Source of the DNA: Candidatus Sumerlaeota bacterium
Lineage (GTDB): Bacteria; Sumerlaeota; Sumerlaeia; Sumerlaeales; Sumerlaeaceae
Direction of reading: 5' to 3'
Length of the DNA stretch: 64,000 bases
NCBI GenBank assembly: GCA_026398535.1
Contig: JAPLSQ010000076.1
Span: forward strand, 10,237 to 74,236
Position 1 is the first letter of the stretch. Every line of letters begins with the position of its first letter. The notes beneath the pieces are model-generated. The model made no database searches, was not told the DNA's origin, and worked only from the letters and a program-made list of their open reading frames with translations. Shown here piece by piece: positions 1 to 11,522 of this stretch. The position numbers and the translations under genes are program-made.

Positions 1-1
1 C

Positions 2-3000
2 TGCGGCACCATGGCCCGCCTGAAAGATGCCGCTGCCGCGGCGGCGGAACTGACGACAGGTGTTGCCGGACTGCGGAACGCGGACCTGAGCTGGTGGTGC
101 GAGGGCCTCGAACAGCAATGCCGTGACTTCATCGATGAGCTTTCCGGGGCGGCGCCATGGGCATGCGTGATTGGCGAAATTGATGGCGACCTGCCTGATG
201 ACAATCCAGTCTATGGCGATCTGCGCCGTCTGACGCGCGACCTGAACCAGGGGGCGACGCTTCGGCAGATGACCGCATACGAAGAACCGCTGCTGCCGCT
301 GATCGACATCGCGATTGAAGAGTTGGCAAAGGGAAACGGCAACAACGACCCCGCCGTGATCAAAAGGTTACATCGCCTGCGGCAGACTGTAACTCAAGCA
401 GCCGACCGCGCCCGCAACAGGATCCGCGGAATCGAACGCCTTGCAGCACTCTGCGGGGAATTGTCGGAGTTCGAGTGCGATTTCCTTTACGACATATCGC
501 GCAATCTTTTCACGGTCGGCTACCACACGGCCGAGCGCCGCCGTGATTCCAGCCTTTACGATCTGCTCGCGTCAGAAGCGAGGCTGGCCAGTTTCGTGGC
601 GATCGCGCACGGACAGGTTCCCCAGAAACACTGGTTCTCCCTGGGCAGGCAACTCACGATGGCCGGAGGAGAAACGGCGCTCCTCTCGTGGAGCGGCTCG
701 ATGTTCGAATACCTGATGCCCAACCTCGTGATGCCGTCGTTTGCGGACACACTGCTTGACCACACCTGCCGGGCCATCGTTGACCGGCAGATTGAGTATG
801 GCCGCCAACGGGGAGTGCCATGGGGCATTTCGGAGTCGGGCTACAATGTTATTAACGCACGGCTGGACTACCAGTACCGCACTTTTGGCGTGCCGGGGCT
901 TGGCCTGAAGCGGGGACTTTCCAAGGATGTCGTCATCGCCCCATACGCAACGATGCTGGCCCTTATGATTGACGCCGAAGAAGCTTGCGCCAATCTGCAA
1001 ACGATGGTGGCGCTGGGGGACGAAGGACCCTACGGGATGTATGAGGCAATCGATTACACGCCCTCACGACTCCCCCGCGGCCAATCCAGCGCTCTCGTGC
1101 GTTCGTTCATGGCGCACCACCAGGGCATGAGCTTTCTTTCCCTGGCCTGCCTGCTGCTTGACCGTCCGATGCAACGGCGGTTTGCGCTCGATCCGCAACT
1201 GCGAGCGACGGAACTCCTCCTGCAGGAGCGAATCCCCAAAGCCGCCCCGTTCTATCCGCACACAGTGGAAGTGGCGGCCACGCACGCCTCAACACAGCGC
1301 GAGGAAGACCTTGTGTCGGTTTTCAACTCCCCGCATTCGGCGCATCCCAAGGTGCAACTCCTCTCCAATGGCCGCTACAGCGTGGCGATTTCGACCGCGG
1401 GGGGAGGGCTCAGCCGTTGGCACGAGCTTTCGGTGACCCGCTGGAGGGAGGATGCCACCCTCGACAATTGGGGACAGTTCTGTTACATCCGCGATGCCGA
1501 TTCGGGCGAGTTCTGGTCCGCCACCCACCAGCCTGTGCGCAGGGAATCGCGCCATTACGAAGCGATCTTTTCCCACGGGCGCGCGGAGTTTCGGCGGACC
1601 GACGCCGGCATCGATACACATTCGGAAATCGTCGTTTCCTCGGAGGATGACGTTGAGATGCGGCGCACGACGCTGACGAACCGTTCGCGCGCGCGCCGCC
1701 GGATCGAGGTCACTACCTATGCTGAAGTCGTGCTGGCGAACCAATCCTCCGATGAGGCCCACCCGGCGTTCAGCAACCTCTTTGTGATGACCGAAATCGT
1801 GCGGTCGCGTGAGGCGATCCTCTGCACCCGCCGGCCCAGAGCGCCCGGCGAACACCACCCGTACTTGCTGCACGTGCTTGCGATGCATGCAAATGAGGCG
1901 GGCGAGGCCTCGTATGAAACCGATCGCCTGAAGTTCATAGGCCGGGGAAACAGCGTGACCGACCCGCTGGCCATGCATGGCAACACGTTGTTGTCGGGCA
2001 GCGAGGGTCCCGTCCTGGACCCGATTCTCGCCATCAGGCGAATCGTCGTGCTCCAGCCCGACGAAAAGGCCATCGTGGACGTCATTACCGGCATCGCCGA
2101 AACGCGCGACGCGGCACTCGCACTGGTGGAAAAGTATCGCGACCGCCGACTCGCGGAGCGGACGATCGAACTCGCTTGGACGCACGATCAAGTCATGTTC
2201 CGGCAGATTCAGGCGACCCAACGCGACCTGACTGTGTATCAGCAGCTGGCCGCCGCGATTCTCTACACCAACCCGGCGCATCGCGCCAATCCGAAGACTC
2301 TGATGCAAAACCGGCGCGGGCAACCCGGTCTTTGGGGATATGGCATTTCGGGCGATCTGCCGATCGTGCTGCTGCGAATCGATGATCAAAGTCACATCGC
2401 CCTCGTGCGGGAAACGGTGCAGGCGCACACATACTGGCGCGGGATGGGCCTTGCTGCCGATCTCCTGATCGTCAACGAGAGCAGATCCGGCTACCACCAG
2501 GTTCTTCAGGATGACATCGTCGCGCTGGTGACGGCAAGCGGCGAGCCGGCCGACCGGCCCGGTGGCGTCTTTGTCCGGCGGGCTGACCAGATGCCCGAGG
2601 AGGATCGCGTTCTGCTTCTGGCGTCGGCACGTGTCATTCTCACGGGCGGCAGCGGGACGCTCGCCGAACAGGCGCGCCGCCGCGGCCGGCCCGAAGCAAC
2701 AATCCCACCGCTGGCGCCGGCGCGGCCGATTCGTCCCGCTGCCGCAAAGACGGAGGAACCTCCGTACCGCGAACTGCTGTTCCATAACGGAATCGGCGGA
2801 TTCACGACCGATGGCCGCGAGTACGTCATCACGACACGCCCCGGCAACAGGACTCCGGCTCCCTGGGTGAATGTGATGGCCAACCCGTTTTTCGGCACGG
2901 TGGTCACAGAGAGCGGCGGCGGATACACATGGAGTGAAAACGCCCACGAGTTTCGCCTGACACCCTGGTCGAACGATGCGGTAAGCGACACGAGCGGAGA

Positions 3001-5170
3001 AGCACTGTATATTCGCGACGAGGAAACCGGCGCGTTCTGGTCGCCCACGCCTCTTCCGGCGGGCGGCGTCGCGCCCTACGTGACCCGCCACGGCTTTGGC
3101 TACTCTGTGTTTGAGCACTGGGAGCATGAGATCGCATCGGAGCTCTGGGTCTATGTCGCCATCGACGCCCCCGTGAAGTTCTTTGCGCTCAAGCTGCGCA
3201 ACCCAACCGGCCGCGCACGGCGACTGTCGGTCACCGGTTACGTCGAGTGGATCCTCGGCGAACTGCGCCGCAACAGCCTCCTGCACGTCAGAACCGAGAC
3301 AGACCCGAAAACGGCAGCCATGTTCGCATGCAATCCGTATCACGCCGGCATGGCTGACCGCGTTGGATTCCTCGATGTGAGCGATTCGAGACGAACTGTG
3401 ACGGGCGACCGCACGGAGTTCCTTGGCCGCAACGGATCTCGCGCCGCACCGGCTGCCATGACGCGCGCGCGGCTGTCGGACAGAATCGGCGCCGGCATGG
3501 ATCCGTGCGGCGCGATGCAGGCGCATCTGGACATGCCGCCCGGCGATGAGCAGGAAATCGTGTTCGTCCTCGGCGCCGGACGCGACAAGAACCACGCCCG
3601 CTCACTGGCGGAGCAATTCAAGGGGGCCGGCGCGGCGCGCAAAGCGCTTGAAAAAGTGTGGGAATACTGGAACCGCGCGCTTGGCGCCGTGTACGTTGAA
3701 ACACCCGACAAGTCATTCGATGTTCTTGCCAATGGCTGGCTTGTTTATCAGACACTGGCATGCCGAATGTGGGGACGCTCCGGGTTTTACCAGTCGGGCG
3801 GGGCATTTGGATTCCGGGACCAGTTGCAGGACGCAATGGCGCTGGTTCACACCGAGCCTGCGCGGCTCCGCGAACATCTGCTGCTCTGCGCCGCCAATCA
3901 GTTCGCGGAAGGCGACGTGCAGCATTGGTGGCACCCGCCATCGGGGCGCGGTGTTCGCACCCGCTGCTCCGACGATCGCCTGTGGCTGCCGCTTGCGGTG
4001 TGCCGCTATATTCGGGCGATCGGAGACACCGGCGTGCTTGACGAGCAAACAGCTTTCCTTCAGGCCCCTCCCCTCAGGCAGGACGAGGAATCGCGCTACG
4101 ATCTCCCTGCCCGGTCCCATGCACCGGCAACTCTCTACGAGCACTGCGTCCGGGCGATCAATAGGAGCCTGGACCGCGGCGCGCACGGTCTCCCCCTGAT
4201 CATGGGGGGCGACTGGAACGACGGGATGAACCTTGTCGGCCACGAAGGAAAGGGCGAGAGCGTGTGGCTCGCATTTTTCCTCCATGACGTGCTGCGGCAG
4301 TTTGCGGGAATTGCGCGACAGCGCGGCGACAAAGATTTCGCCGAGTGCTGCAACACCGAAGCCGGGCTTCTGCATCAAAGTATTGAGCGGCACGCATGGG
4401 ACGGCGAGTGGTACCGGCGCGCCTACTATGACAATGGAGAACCTTTAGGGTCCGCGATCCAGGCTGAATGTCAGATCGATTCTCTCTCACAAAGCTGGGC
4501 GGCGCTCACGGGAGCGGGCTCTCCCCTGCGCTGCCAGACAGCCATGGAATCGTTCAACCGCCGGCTGGTGCGCCGCGACGCCCGGCTCATTCTGCTTCTC
4601 GACCCGCCATTCGACACGTCACCACAGGAACCGGGCTACATCAAAGGGTATGTTCCCGGAGTAAGGGAAAACGGCGGGCAGTATACCCACGCCGCGATCT
4701 GGGCCGCGATGGCATACGCCGCGGCAGGCGACAGCGAAGGCGCTTGGGATCTCATGAAGCTGATCAATCCGCTGAATCATTCCTCCGCGCCCGATCAAAT
4801 TGCGACCTACCGCGTGGAACCATATGTGGCGGCCGCGGACGTGTACGGTGTGCCACCCCACACCGGGCGCGGCGGGTGGACCTGGTACACCGGATCCGCG
4901 TCATGGATGTACCGGCTGATGATCGAATCGCTGCTGGGGCTGAACCTGGAAGTGGACAGACTGCGCCTGAAACCATGCCTGCCGCAAAATTGGCCAGAGG
5001 TGCGGATCAACTACCGCTATCATGACACCTGTTATCAGATCCTGATACAACGGAAAGACAGTGGCGGCGGCGTCCTGAGGGTGATTCTTGACGGAATGGA
5101 GCAGCCGGGCGGGACGATTCCGCTTAAAAACGACCGTCAGAATCATTCCGCTGTTGTCGAAGTAGGATAA
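2..5170 (+). CDS. Cyclic beta-1,2-glucan synthase-like protein (GT84 region followed by GH94 glycoside phosphorylase domain). It is 5'-partial: the frame is open to the window edge.
   Basis: 1719-aa ORF with GH94 N-terminal beta-sandwich motifs (NGRYSVAISTAGGGLSRW, WGQFCYIRD) and a GDWNDGMN catalytic-region motif. Upstream GSMFEYLMP and RTFGVPGLGLKRG motifs are typical of Cgs/NdvB-type proteins. No stop or start within the first 10 nt, so the gene begins upstream of the window. Confidence 0.7.
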   Translation, partial: CGTMARLKDAAAAAAELTTGVAGLRNADLSWWCEGLEQQCRDFIDELSGAAPWACVIGEIDGDLPDDNPVYGDLRRLTRDLNQGATLRQMTAYEEPLLPLIDIAIEELAKGNGNNDPAVIKRLHRLRQTVTQAADRARNRIRGIERLAALCGELSEFECDFLYDISRNLFTVGYHTAERRRDSSLYDLLASEARLASFVAIAHGQVPQKHWFSLGRQLTMAGGETALLSWSGSMFEYLMPNLVMPSFADTLLDHTCRAIVDRQIEYGRQRGVPWGISESGYNVINARLDYQYRTFGVPGLGLKRGLSKDVVIAPYATMLALMIDAEEACANLQTMVALGDEGPYGMYEAIDYTPSRLPRGQSSALVRSFMAHHQGMSFLSLACLLLDRPMQRRFALDPQLRATELLLQERIPKAAPFYPHTVEVAATHASTQREEDLVSVFNSPHSAHPKVQLLSNGRYSVAISTAGGGLSRWHELSVTRWREDATLDNWGQFCYIRDADSGEFWSATHQPVRRESRHYEAIFSHGRAEFRRTDAGIDTHSEIVVSSEDDVEMRRTTLTNRSRARRRIEVTTYAEVVLANQSSDEAHPAFSNLFVMTEIVRSREAILCTRRPRAPGEHHPYLLHVLAMHANEAGEASYETDRLKFIGRGNSVTDPLAMHGNTLLSGSEGPVLDPILAIRRIVVLQPDEKAIVDVITGIAETRDAALALVEKYRDRRLAERTIELAWTHDQVMFRQIQATQRDLTVYQQLAAAILYTNPAHRANPKTLMQNRRGQPGLWGYGISGDLPIVLLRIDDQSHIALVRETVQAHTYWRGMGLAADLLIVNESRSGYHQVLQDDIVALVTASGEPADRPGGVFVRRADQMPEEDRVLLLASARVILTGGSGTLAEQARRRGRPEATIPPLAPARPIRPAAAKTEEPPYRELLFHNGIGGFTTDGREYVITTRPGNRTPAPWVNVMANPFFGTVVTESGGGYTWSENAHEFRLTPWSNDAVSDTSGEALYIRDEETGAFWSPTPLPAGGVAPYVTRHGFGYSVFEHWEHEIASELWVYVAIDAPVKFFALKLRNPTGRARRLSVTGYVEWILGELRRNSLLHVRTETDPKTAAMFACNPYHAGMADRVGFLDVSDSRRTVTGDRTEFLGRNGSRAAPAAMTRARLSDRIGAGMDPCGAMQAHLDMPPGDEQEIVFVLGAGRDKNHARSLAEQFKGAGAARKALEKVWEYWNRALGAVYVETPDKSFDVLANGWLVYQTLACRMWGRSGFYQSGGAFGFRDQLQDAMALVHTEPARLREHLLLCAANQFAEGDVQHWWHPPSGRGVRTRCSDDRLWLPLAVCRYIRAIGDTGVLDEQTAFLQAPPLRQDEESRYDLPARSHAPATLYEHCVRAINRSLDRGAHGLPLIMGGDWNDGMNLVGHEGKGESVWLAFFLHDVLRQFAGIARQRGDKDFAECCNTEAGLLHQSIERHAWDGEWYRRAYYDNGEPLGSAIQAECQIDSLSQSWAALTGAGSPLRCQTAMESFNRRLVRRDARLILLLDPPFDTSPQEPGYIKGYVPGVRENGGQYTHAAIWAAMAYAAAGDSEGAWDLMKLINPLNHSSAPDQIATYRVEPYVAAADVYGVPPHTGRGGWTWYTGSASWMYRLMIESLLGLNLEVDRLRLKPCLPQNWPEVRINYRYHDTCYQILIQRKDSGGGVLRVILDGMEQPGGTIPLKNDRQNHSAVVEVG

Positions 5171-5351
5171 CGAGACTTGGCATCTACTTGCACAAACCGC
5201 TAATATGATTGTTTGTCCGGGCAAGGAGAATGCCGGCTTGATCGCGTCATGGTTTTCCATTGACAGGCGGGGCTGGTGTCATGCGATTTTCGGACAAGAA
5301 ATCATATTCGTTTGGGAAGGATGTCGACGACGATGACGATCAACTGTGAAT

Positions 5352-6571
5352 CGGATCTTCCCCCCCATGGCATAGTTTTCTTCACACTCCTAAACCACTG
5401 GTATTTAGTTGTTTAGGCGGGCTTTTGCGAGGCTCTTTTTGGTGACTACATCGGCTGTTCTCTTTGGAAGGAAATCGGGCATGGTGACGCCTGCGGCTTC
5501 GAGCAGGCGGACCGAGAGGTCGCGGGGTTTGGGCACCTTGTGCAGTTCGATGCCGGCTTTTTCGACGGTGACGGTCATGGCCGAGAGGGTGGCCAGTTGG
5601 GCGATGCCCTCCTCAACGGTGACGTCGATGCCGCGCCAGAGGCGGGCCAGTTCGCGCACGAGCAGGTAGGCGAGCATGACGACGACGACGTGGCCGCGGG
5701 TGCTCTGCCCGGAGCGGACGAAGATGGGCCGGACTTTGAGATGGCCGGTCTTGCAGGTGCGGAAGGCGTCCTCGACCTCGATGAGATCCTTGTAGCGCTC
5801 GTGGATGGTGCGCGCGTCGGCGGCCGTGACAGGCAGGTCGGTGGTGATCGCGTAGCAGCCGTCGAGGCGGGCGGCGACAGTCTTGAGGGCGGTTTCAACG
5901 CGCGCGCGCGGATGGCTGGCAAAGCGCGCGCGAAACAGCGAGTCCTCGATCGCCGCCTGGTTGTTGTCGAGCCAGGCGAGGTTGGCGTACAGATCGTCCT
6001 CGTCAAAGGCCGAGTGCAGGCCCAGCACCTCCAGCGCCACATGCGAGCGCGCCAGGCGCACGGCCGACAGGCGCGAGCCCTGGCCCACGGCGCGCGCGAT
6101 CACCTGCCACAGAGCCAGGCGGCCCTGCCGGCCCGGGCCCAACGCCCGGTCGATGCCCAGCCGGCGCGCCACCTCGTTGAGCGTCCACACAGCCCCCACA
6201 CTCGGGCCCTCGCGCAAACCCACATCCTCGGCCACAGAACCGAGCGCCGCGAGATTGTCCTTGTGGCGCAGCGCCAGTTCGATGGCCGCGATCTCGGCGG
6301 GCTTGCAGTGCGATAGGTTGGCGATAGTTCGGTTCTTGACCTTCCCCCCCTCGCGGTAACTCTCGCGCATCAGCACGCACTCGGTGACACCCTTTTTGCC
6401 GTGGTAGACATTCCTTACGATTTTCACGACCCCGACAATGCAACGGACTACATTGCCTTGACAAGTAATAATGCGCGCATCGTACATAATTAGTGACTAC
6501 ATTCTTCCACCGAAAACCAACCTAACATCAGCCGCGCCAGCGTTCTTGCAAAAAACAGGGGGGGGAGATCC
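5352..6571. mobile_element. Compact IS-like element bounded by imperfect 15-16 bp terminal inverted repeats.
   Basis: Left end tcGGATCTTCCCCCCC (5351-5366) and right end GGGGGGGGAGATCCg (6558-6572) are reverse complements (14/16 matches). Together they flank the transposase ORF. Confidence 0.45.
5405..6487 (-). CDS. IS4-family (IS1634-like) DDE transposase, short form of 360 aa.
   Basis: N-terminal motif VLMRESYREGGKVKNRTIANL and C-terminal HERYKDLIEVEDAFRTCKT...RPIFVRS match IS1634-group transposases. ATG at 6485-6487. The protein is shorter than typical IS1634 transposases of about 500 aa or more. Confidence 0.6.
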   Translation of the reverse strand: MYDARIITCQGNVVRCIVGVVKIVRNVYHGKKGVTECVLMRESYREGGKVKNRTIANLSHCKPAEIAAIELALRHKDNLAALGSVAEDVGLREGPSVGAVWTLNEVARRLGIDRALGPGRQGRLALWQVIARAVGQGSRLSAVRLARSHVALEVLGLHSAFDEDDLYANLAWLDNNQAAIEDSLFRARFASHPRARVETALKTVAARLDGCYAITTDLPVTAADARTIHERYKDLIEVEDAFRTCKTGHLKVRPIFVRSGQSTRGHVVVVMLAYLLVRELARLWRGIDVTVEEGIAQLATLSAMTVTVEKAGIELHKVPKPRDLSVRLLEAAGVTMPDFLPKRTADVVTKKSLAKARLNN

Positions 6572-6644
6572 GCTGAAGGCATCACGCACCGGGAGACCTC
6601 ATGAGCAGTTACTACGAAAAAAGAATCGGGGATTCTTGCGTTGA

Positions 6645-7625
6645 TTATTTTACAATGCGGCCGATGTAGATGGCGCCTGCGCAACTGAACGCGACGCGGT
6701 CGCCGTCGGGGGCCACGGAGGGATAGGCTTCGGGGACGCCGGGTGATTTTGTGAGGTTTGCGCGCTCATCGGTTTCCGCTGAGGCGTACCACAGGTCGCT
6801 GTCCACGGCCTGTGCGCCGTCGTAAACGCCCGCATCATAGATGATGCCGCTGCCGTCGGGCATCCATGCTGGGTGGCGTCCGTTTTCGGCGCACACGGTG
6901 CGCGAGCCGTCGAGATGCGTGATGTAAATGCCAGTTTCGCGCCCTTCGTATGCGACTTTGGTTCCATCGGGTGAAAGGTGGGGGGACGAGAAAACGTCCT
7001 CCGGGCCTGAGATGCGCCGCGGGTCGCCGTCCTCGGGCTGGAAATAAATGGCGTTTTCGGCCTCATACACGCGCGCCTGCTGTTCGATGGCGGGATATTT
7101 TTCACCCGTGATCATCAGGTTGGCATGACGCCCATCAGGTTGCCTGACGCGCAACGACATGCCGTCGAGGTTCCACGAGAATTTTTCGGAATCAGCCTGA
7201 TCGTCGGAGAGCATGCGGGTGCTTCCGCCGTTGGGTCCCGCGATAAATATGCCCGGCGCGTTGAGCCGGGTGAACGCGACATCGAGGCCGATGGGCGACC
7301 ACACGGGGGCGATGTAACCACCCTGGGCTGTGATGGGATGCGTGGTTTCGAGACGCCAAGGGCAAGCGCGCCAGACTGGGTAAATCGCGGTGCGGCTCGT
7401 TAACTCGGATCCGTGCTCCCCGGCGCCTGATGAGGTCCCGGATGCCGTGTGCGCGGATTTTTTCAGCAGTTCATGCGGCGAGACTATGCGTGATGGTTCG
7501 GGCGCTTCCACACTGATCCCGGCTTTTGCGCCGCGGCGCAACGGGTGATTGATCAGGTACAGGCCCGCGCTGACACTCACAGCCGCCACGGCCGCAGCTG
7601 CCAATATCATGTCAAGTTTTCGCAA
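6645..7625 (-). CDS. Secreted WD40-like beta-propeller protein (TolB C-terminal-like, PD40 repeats).
   Basis: Signal peptide (MRKLDMILAAAAVAAVSVSAG) and repeated SPDG..VAY / PDGSGIIYD PD40-type motifs. The track start is TTG at 7625; an in-frame ATG lies at 7610. Confidence 0.6.
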   Translation of the reverse strand: MRKLDMILAAAAVAAVSVSAGLYLINHPLRRGAKAGISVEAPEPSRIVSPHELLKKSAHTASGTSSGAGEHGSELTSRTAIYPVWRACPWRLETTHPITAQGGYIAPVWSPIGLDVAFTRLNAPGIFIAGPNGGSTRMLSDDQADSEKFSWNLDGMSLRVRQPDGRHANLMITGEKYPAIEQQARVYEAENAIYFQPEDGDPRRISGPEDVFSSPHLSPDGTKVAYEGRETGIYITHLDGSRTVCAENGRHPAWMPDGSGIIYDAGVYDGAQAVDSDLWYASAETDERANLTKSPGVPEAYPSVAPDGDRVAFSCAGAIYIGRIVK

Positions 7626-7812
7626 TCAGCCTGTCTCCATCCGCCTTGATCACCGCAAACCATTTCGCGCGCGCGGGCCGGATTGCAAACAAAGAACACA
7701 TCCTTAAACCTTCAGCGGGCGCATGCCGATCACCGGAAGAAAGCCTGCACATGATGCGGCATGAGATCAGAATGCGGAGGATGCATTGCTGATTCTGATC
7801 TGCCGGGATGTT

Positions 7813-9612
<1,800 letters not shown>

Positions 9613-10074
9613 AAGCGTCGCCTTGTGTTTTCCCGAAAACGGGGGCATTGCGGGCATCATCGCGCAGACGCATTTTTTCGCACACTCTGTCCTTGGTGCA
9701 GGCTGCCCAATAGGGGTGAGTGATCTCACCATGGATCCGGGCGGAAAGCGCTTCGTTGCGCGCGGTTTGCGCTCAATTTTACGCGTTTGCGCTCGTCGGA
9801 TCAGTCAGGGCGCGGCCCCAAGTGCTTGTTGTGCGGTTCGTCCGGCTCTTCCCGAAATGCTGCCTTTCGAGGAATTGCGGTGTCACTTGCCCTGCGGCTT
9901 GTGCCAATAATTCCCGTGACGCCTTGTTGACGGAAATCACACTTGCGATTCCGTCAGGTCCATACGCGTCAAGAAACAAATGGGGGTTCTTATATATTCA
10001 CACCCGGCAACTTTTCAAACGGGAACAGGCGCGAAAAAGTATCGCGTCCGCCATCGCTCATTGGCATCAGACAG

Positions 10075-10845
10075 TTAAATCGTCTTGGTTTCGCTGTCTT
10101 CGGGCGTCTTCGTGAAAGAGGTGATGGCATGCCAGATGACGCCCCATGCAACATAACCAATAAATCCGATAAACAACAGTGTGGGCAGGTGATTTTTCAA
10201 TCCGATGGCGATGGTGATCAGGATGACGATCACAGGCAGAACGTCGAACGGTTTGCGCCTCTCAAGCCCCAATTGTTTGAAACTGGGGTAGTTGATTTTG
10301 CTCACCATCAGGTAGGAAAGACCCACCATCATGACCGGCAGAATATTGAGCACATATTTTTTGTCCCAGCCGGGGTCGATGTATTGAAAAAACAAAAATC
10401 CGGAGACGACGACACCGGCGGCCGCGGGGATGGGCAGGCCCGTGAAACTTTCTTTTTCCACAGTTGATTTCTGCACGTTGAAGCGCGCCAGGCGCAGCGC
10501 CCCGCAGATGCAATAGAGCGTGGTGATGACCTCGGCGGCGTGGCGATTTTGCATGCCCGAAAGCCGCGTATAGATGAGTACGGCGGGGGCGACACCGAAT
10601 GCGACAACGTCGGACAACGAGTCGTACTGCGCGCCAAAAAAACTCTCCGTGCGAGTGGCGCGCGCAACCCACCCGTCAAGCATGTCCAGCATCGCCGACA
10701 GGATGATCAGCCAGCACGTCATTTCGTACAGACGCGTGTTTGGCTCGGCGGCATCGGCCACATTGAACACGTTGAGTATGGACAGCAGACCGCAGAAAAG
10801 GCTGGCCGTGGTGAAAAGATTGGGGAGAAGATAAACTTTTCTCAT
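10075..10845 (-). CDS. pssA: CDP-diacylglycerol--serine O-phosphatidyltransferase (CDP-alcohol phosphatidyltransferase family).
   Basis: Motif DMLDGWVARATRTESFFGAQYDSLSD (the D-G-x-AR...G...D-x3-D signature) and a multi-TM profile. It overlaps psd by 4 bp (ATGA). Confidence 0.8.
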   Translation of the reverse strand: MRKVYLLPNLFTTASLFCGLLSILNVFNVADAAEPNTRLYEMTCWLIILSAMLDMLDGWVARATRTESFFGAQYDSLSDVVAFGVAPAVLIYTRLSGMQNRHAAEVITTLYCICGALRLARFNVQKSTVEKESFTGLPIPAAAGVVVSGFLFFQYIDPGWDKKYVLNILPVMMVGLSYLMVSKINYPSFKQLGLERRKPFDVLPVIVILITIAIGLKNHLPTLLFIGFIGYVAWGVIWHAITSFTKTPEDSETKTI

Positions 10846-11522
10846 GCGCCGTCTCCCGCATGATCGTTGATGCCGGCCATATGCGCGATCACGGTTTCGC
10901 CGCCGCGGGTTTTCATGCCGGGCGCCACACGCAGGCGGCTGCTTGCGGGAAGCCAGACCTCGACGCGCGAGCCGAAGCGAATGAGACCGGTCTTTTCGCC
11001 GCGCGCCACCTTGTCGCCCGGTTCAAGCGGACAGACGATACGCCGCGCCACGAGTCCCGCGACAAGTTTCACGCCGATGAGCGCTCCATACGGGGTGCGC
11101 AGCGTGAGCAGCACACGCTCATTCTCCTCGGCCGCCTTGTCGTGCATGGCGTTGATAAATTTGCCGGGAATGTGCCGCGTGTCCGTCAACTCGCCGTCGA
11201 ACGGGGCCCAGTTCATGTGGACGTTGAACAGCGACATGAAGATGGCGACGCGCAACGCCTGACCTCCCTCAAATTCCGGATGCGGCGCGATGCCCGCCGC
11301 GACCACGGTGCCGTCGGCAGGCGCGATGACAAGGTTTGGCGCGAGCGGCGTGGCGCGGCGCGGATTGCGGAAAAAGAAAAGGATGGAACCGAAACACGCC
11401 GTGATCGCAAGCGCCAGCCAGGGCAGCCGCAGGATGGTGGCCAGCAGCGCGGCGGCCGCGGCAGGCAAAGCAAAAGGCCATGCTTCAGGCGCGACGGCTG
11501 AGTTGGCGCCGCGGTATTTCAC
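10842..11522 (-). CDS. psd: Phosphatidylserine decarboxylase-related protein (short PSD type).
   Basis: C-terminal GDKVARGEKTGLIRFGSRVEVWLP, a PSD-family pyruvoyl-site signature. GTG start. 4-bp overlaps with mltG upstream and pssA downstream. Confidence 0.75.
   Translation of the reverse strand: MKYRGANSAVAPEAWPFALPAAAAALLATILRLPWLALAITACFGSILFFFRNPRRATPLAPNLVIAPADGTVVAAGIAPHPEFEGGQALRVAIFMSLFNVHMNWAPFDGELTDTRHIPGKFINAMHDKAAEENERVLLTLRTPYGALIGVKLVAGLVARRIVCPLEPGDKVARGEKTGLIRFGSRVEVWLPASSRLRVAPGMKTRGGETVIAHMAGINDHAGDGA

Noticed and set aside
1289-3595. Long antisense ORFs opposite well-supported genes, including 1289..3595(-), 5540..6316(+), 8290..9117(+), 12020..12700(+), 23452..24156(+), 34642..35676(-), 42259..43236(+) and 46047..46883(+).
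   Set aside because: They are Arg/Ala/Gly-rich with no motifs, typical of open antisense frames in GC-rich DNA. The opposite strand carries recognisable domains in every case.
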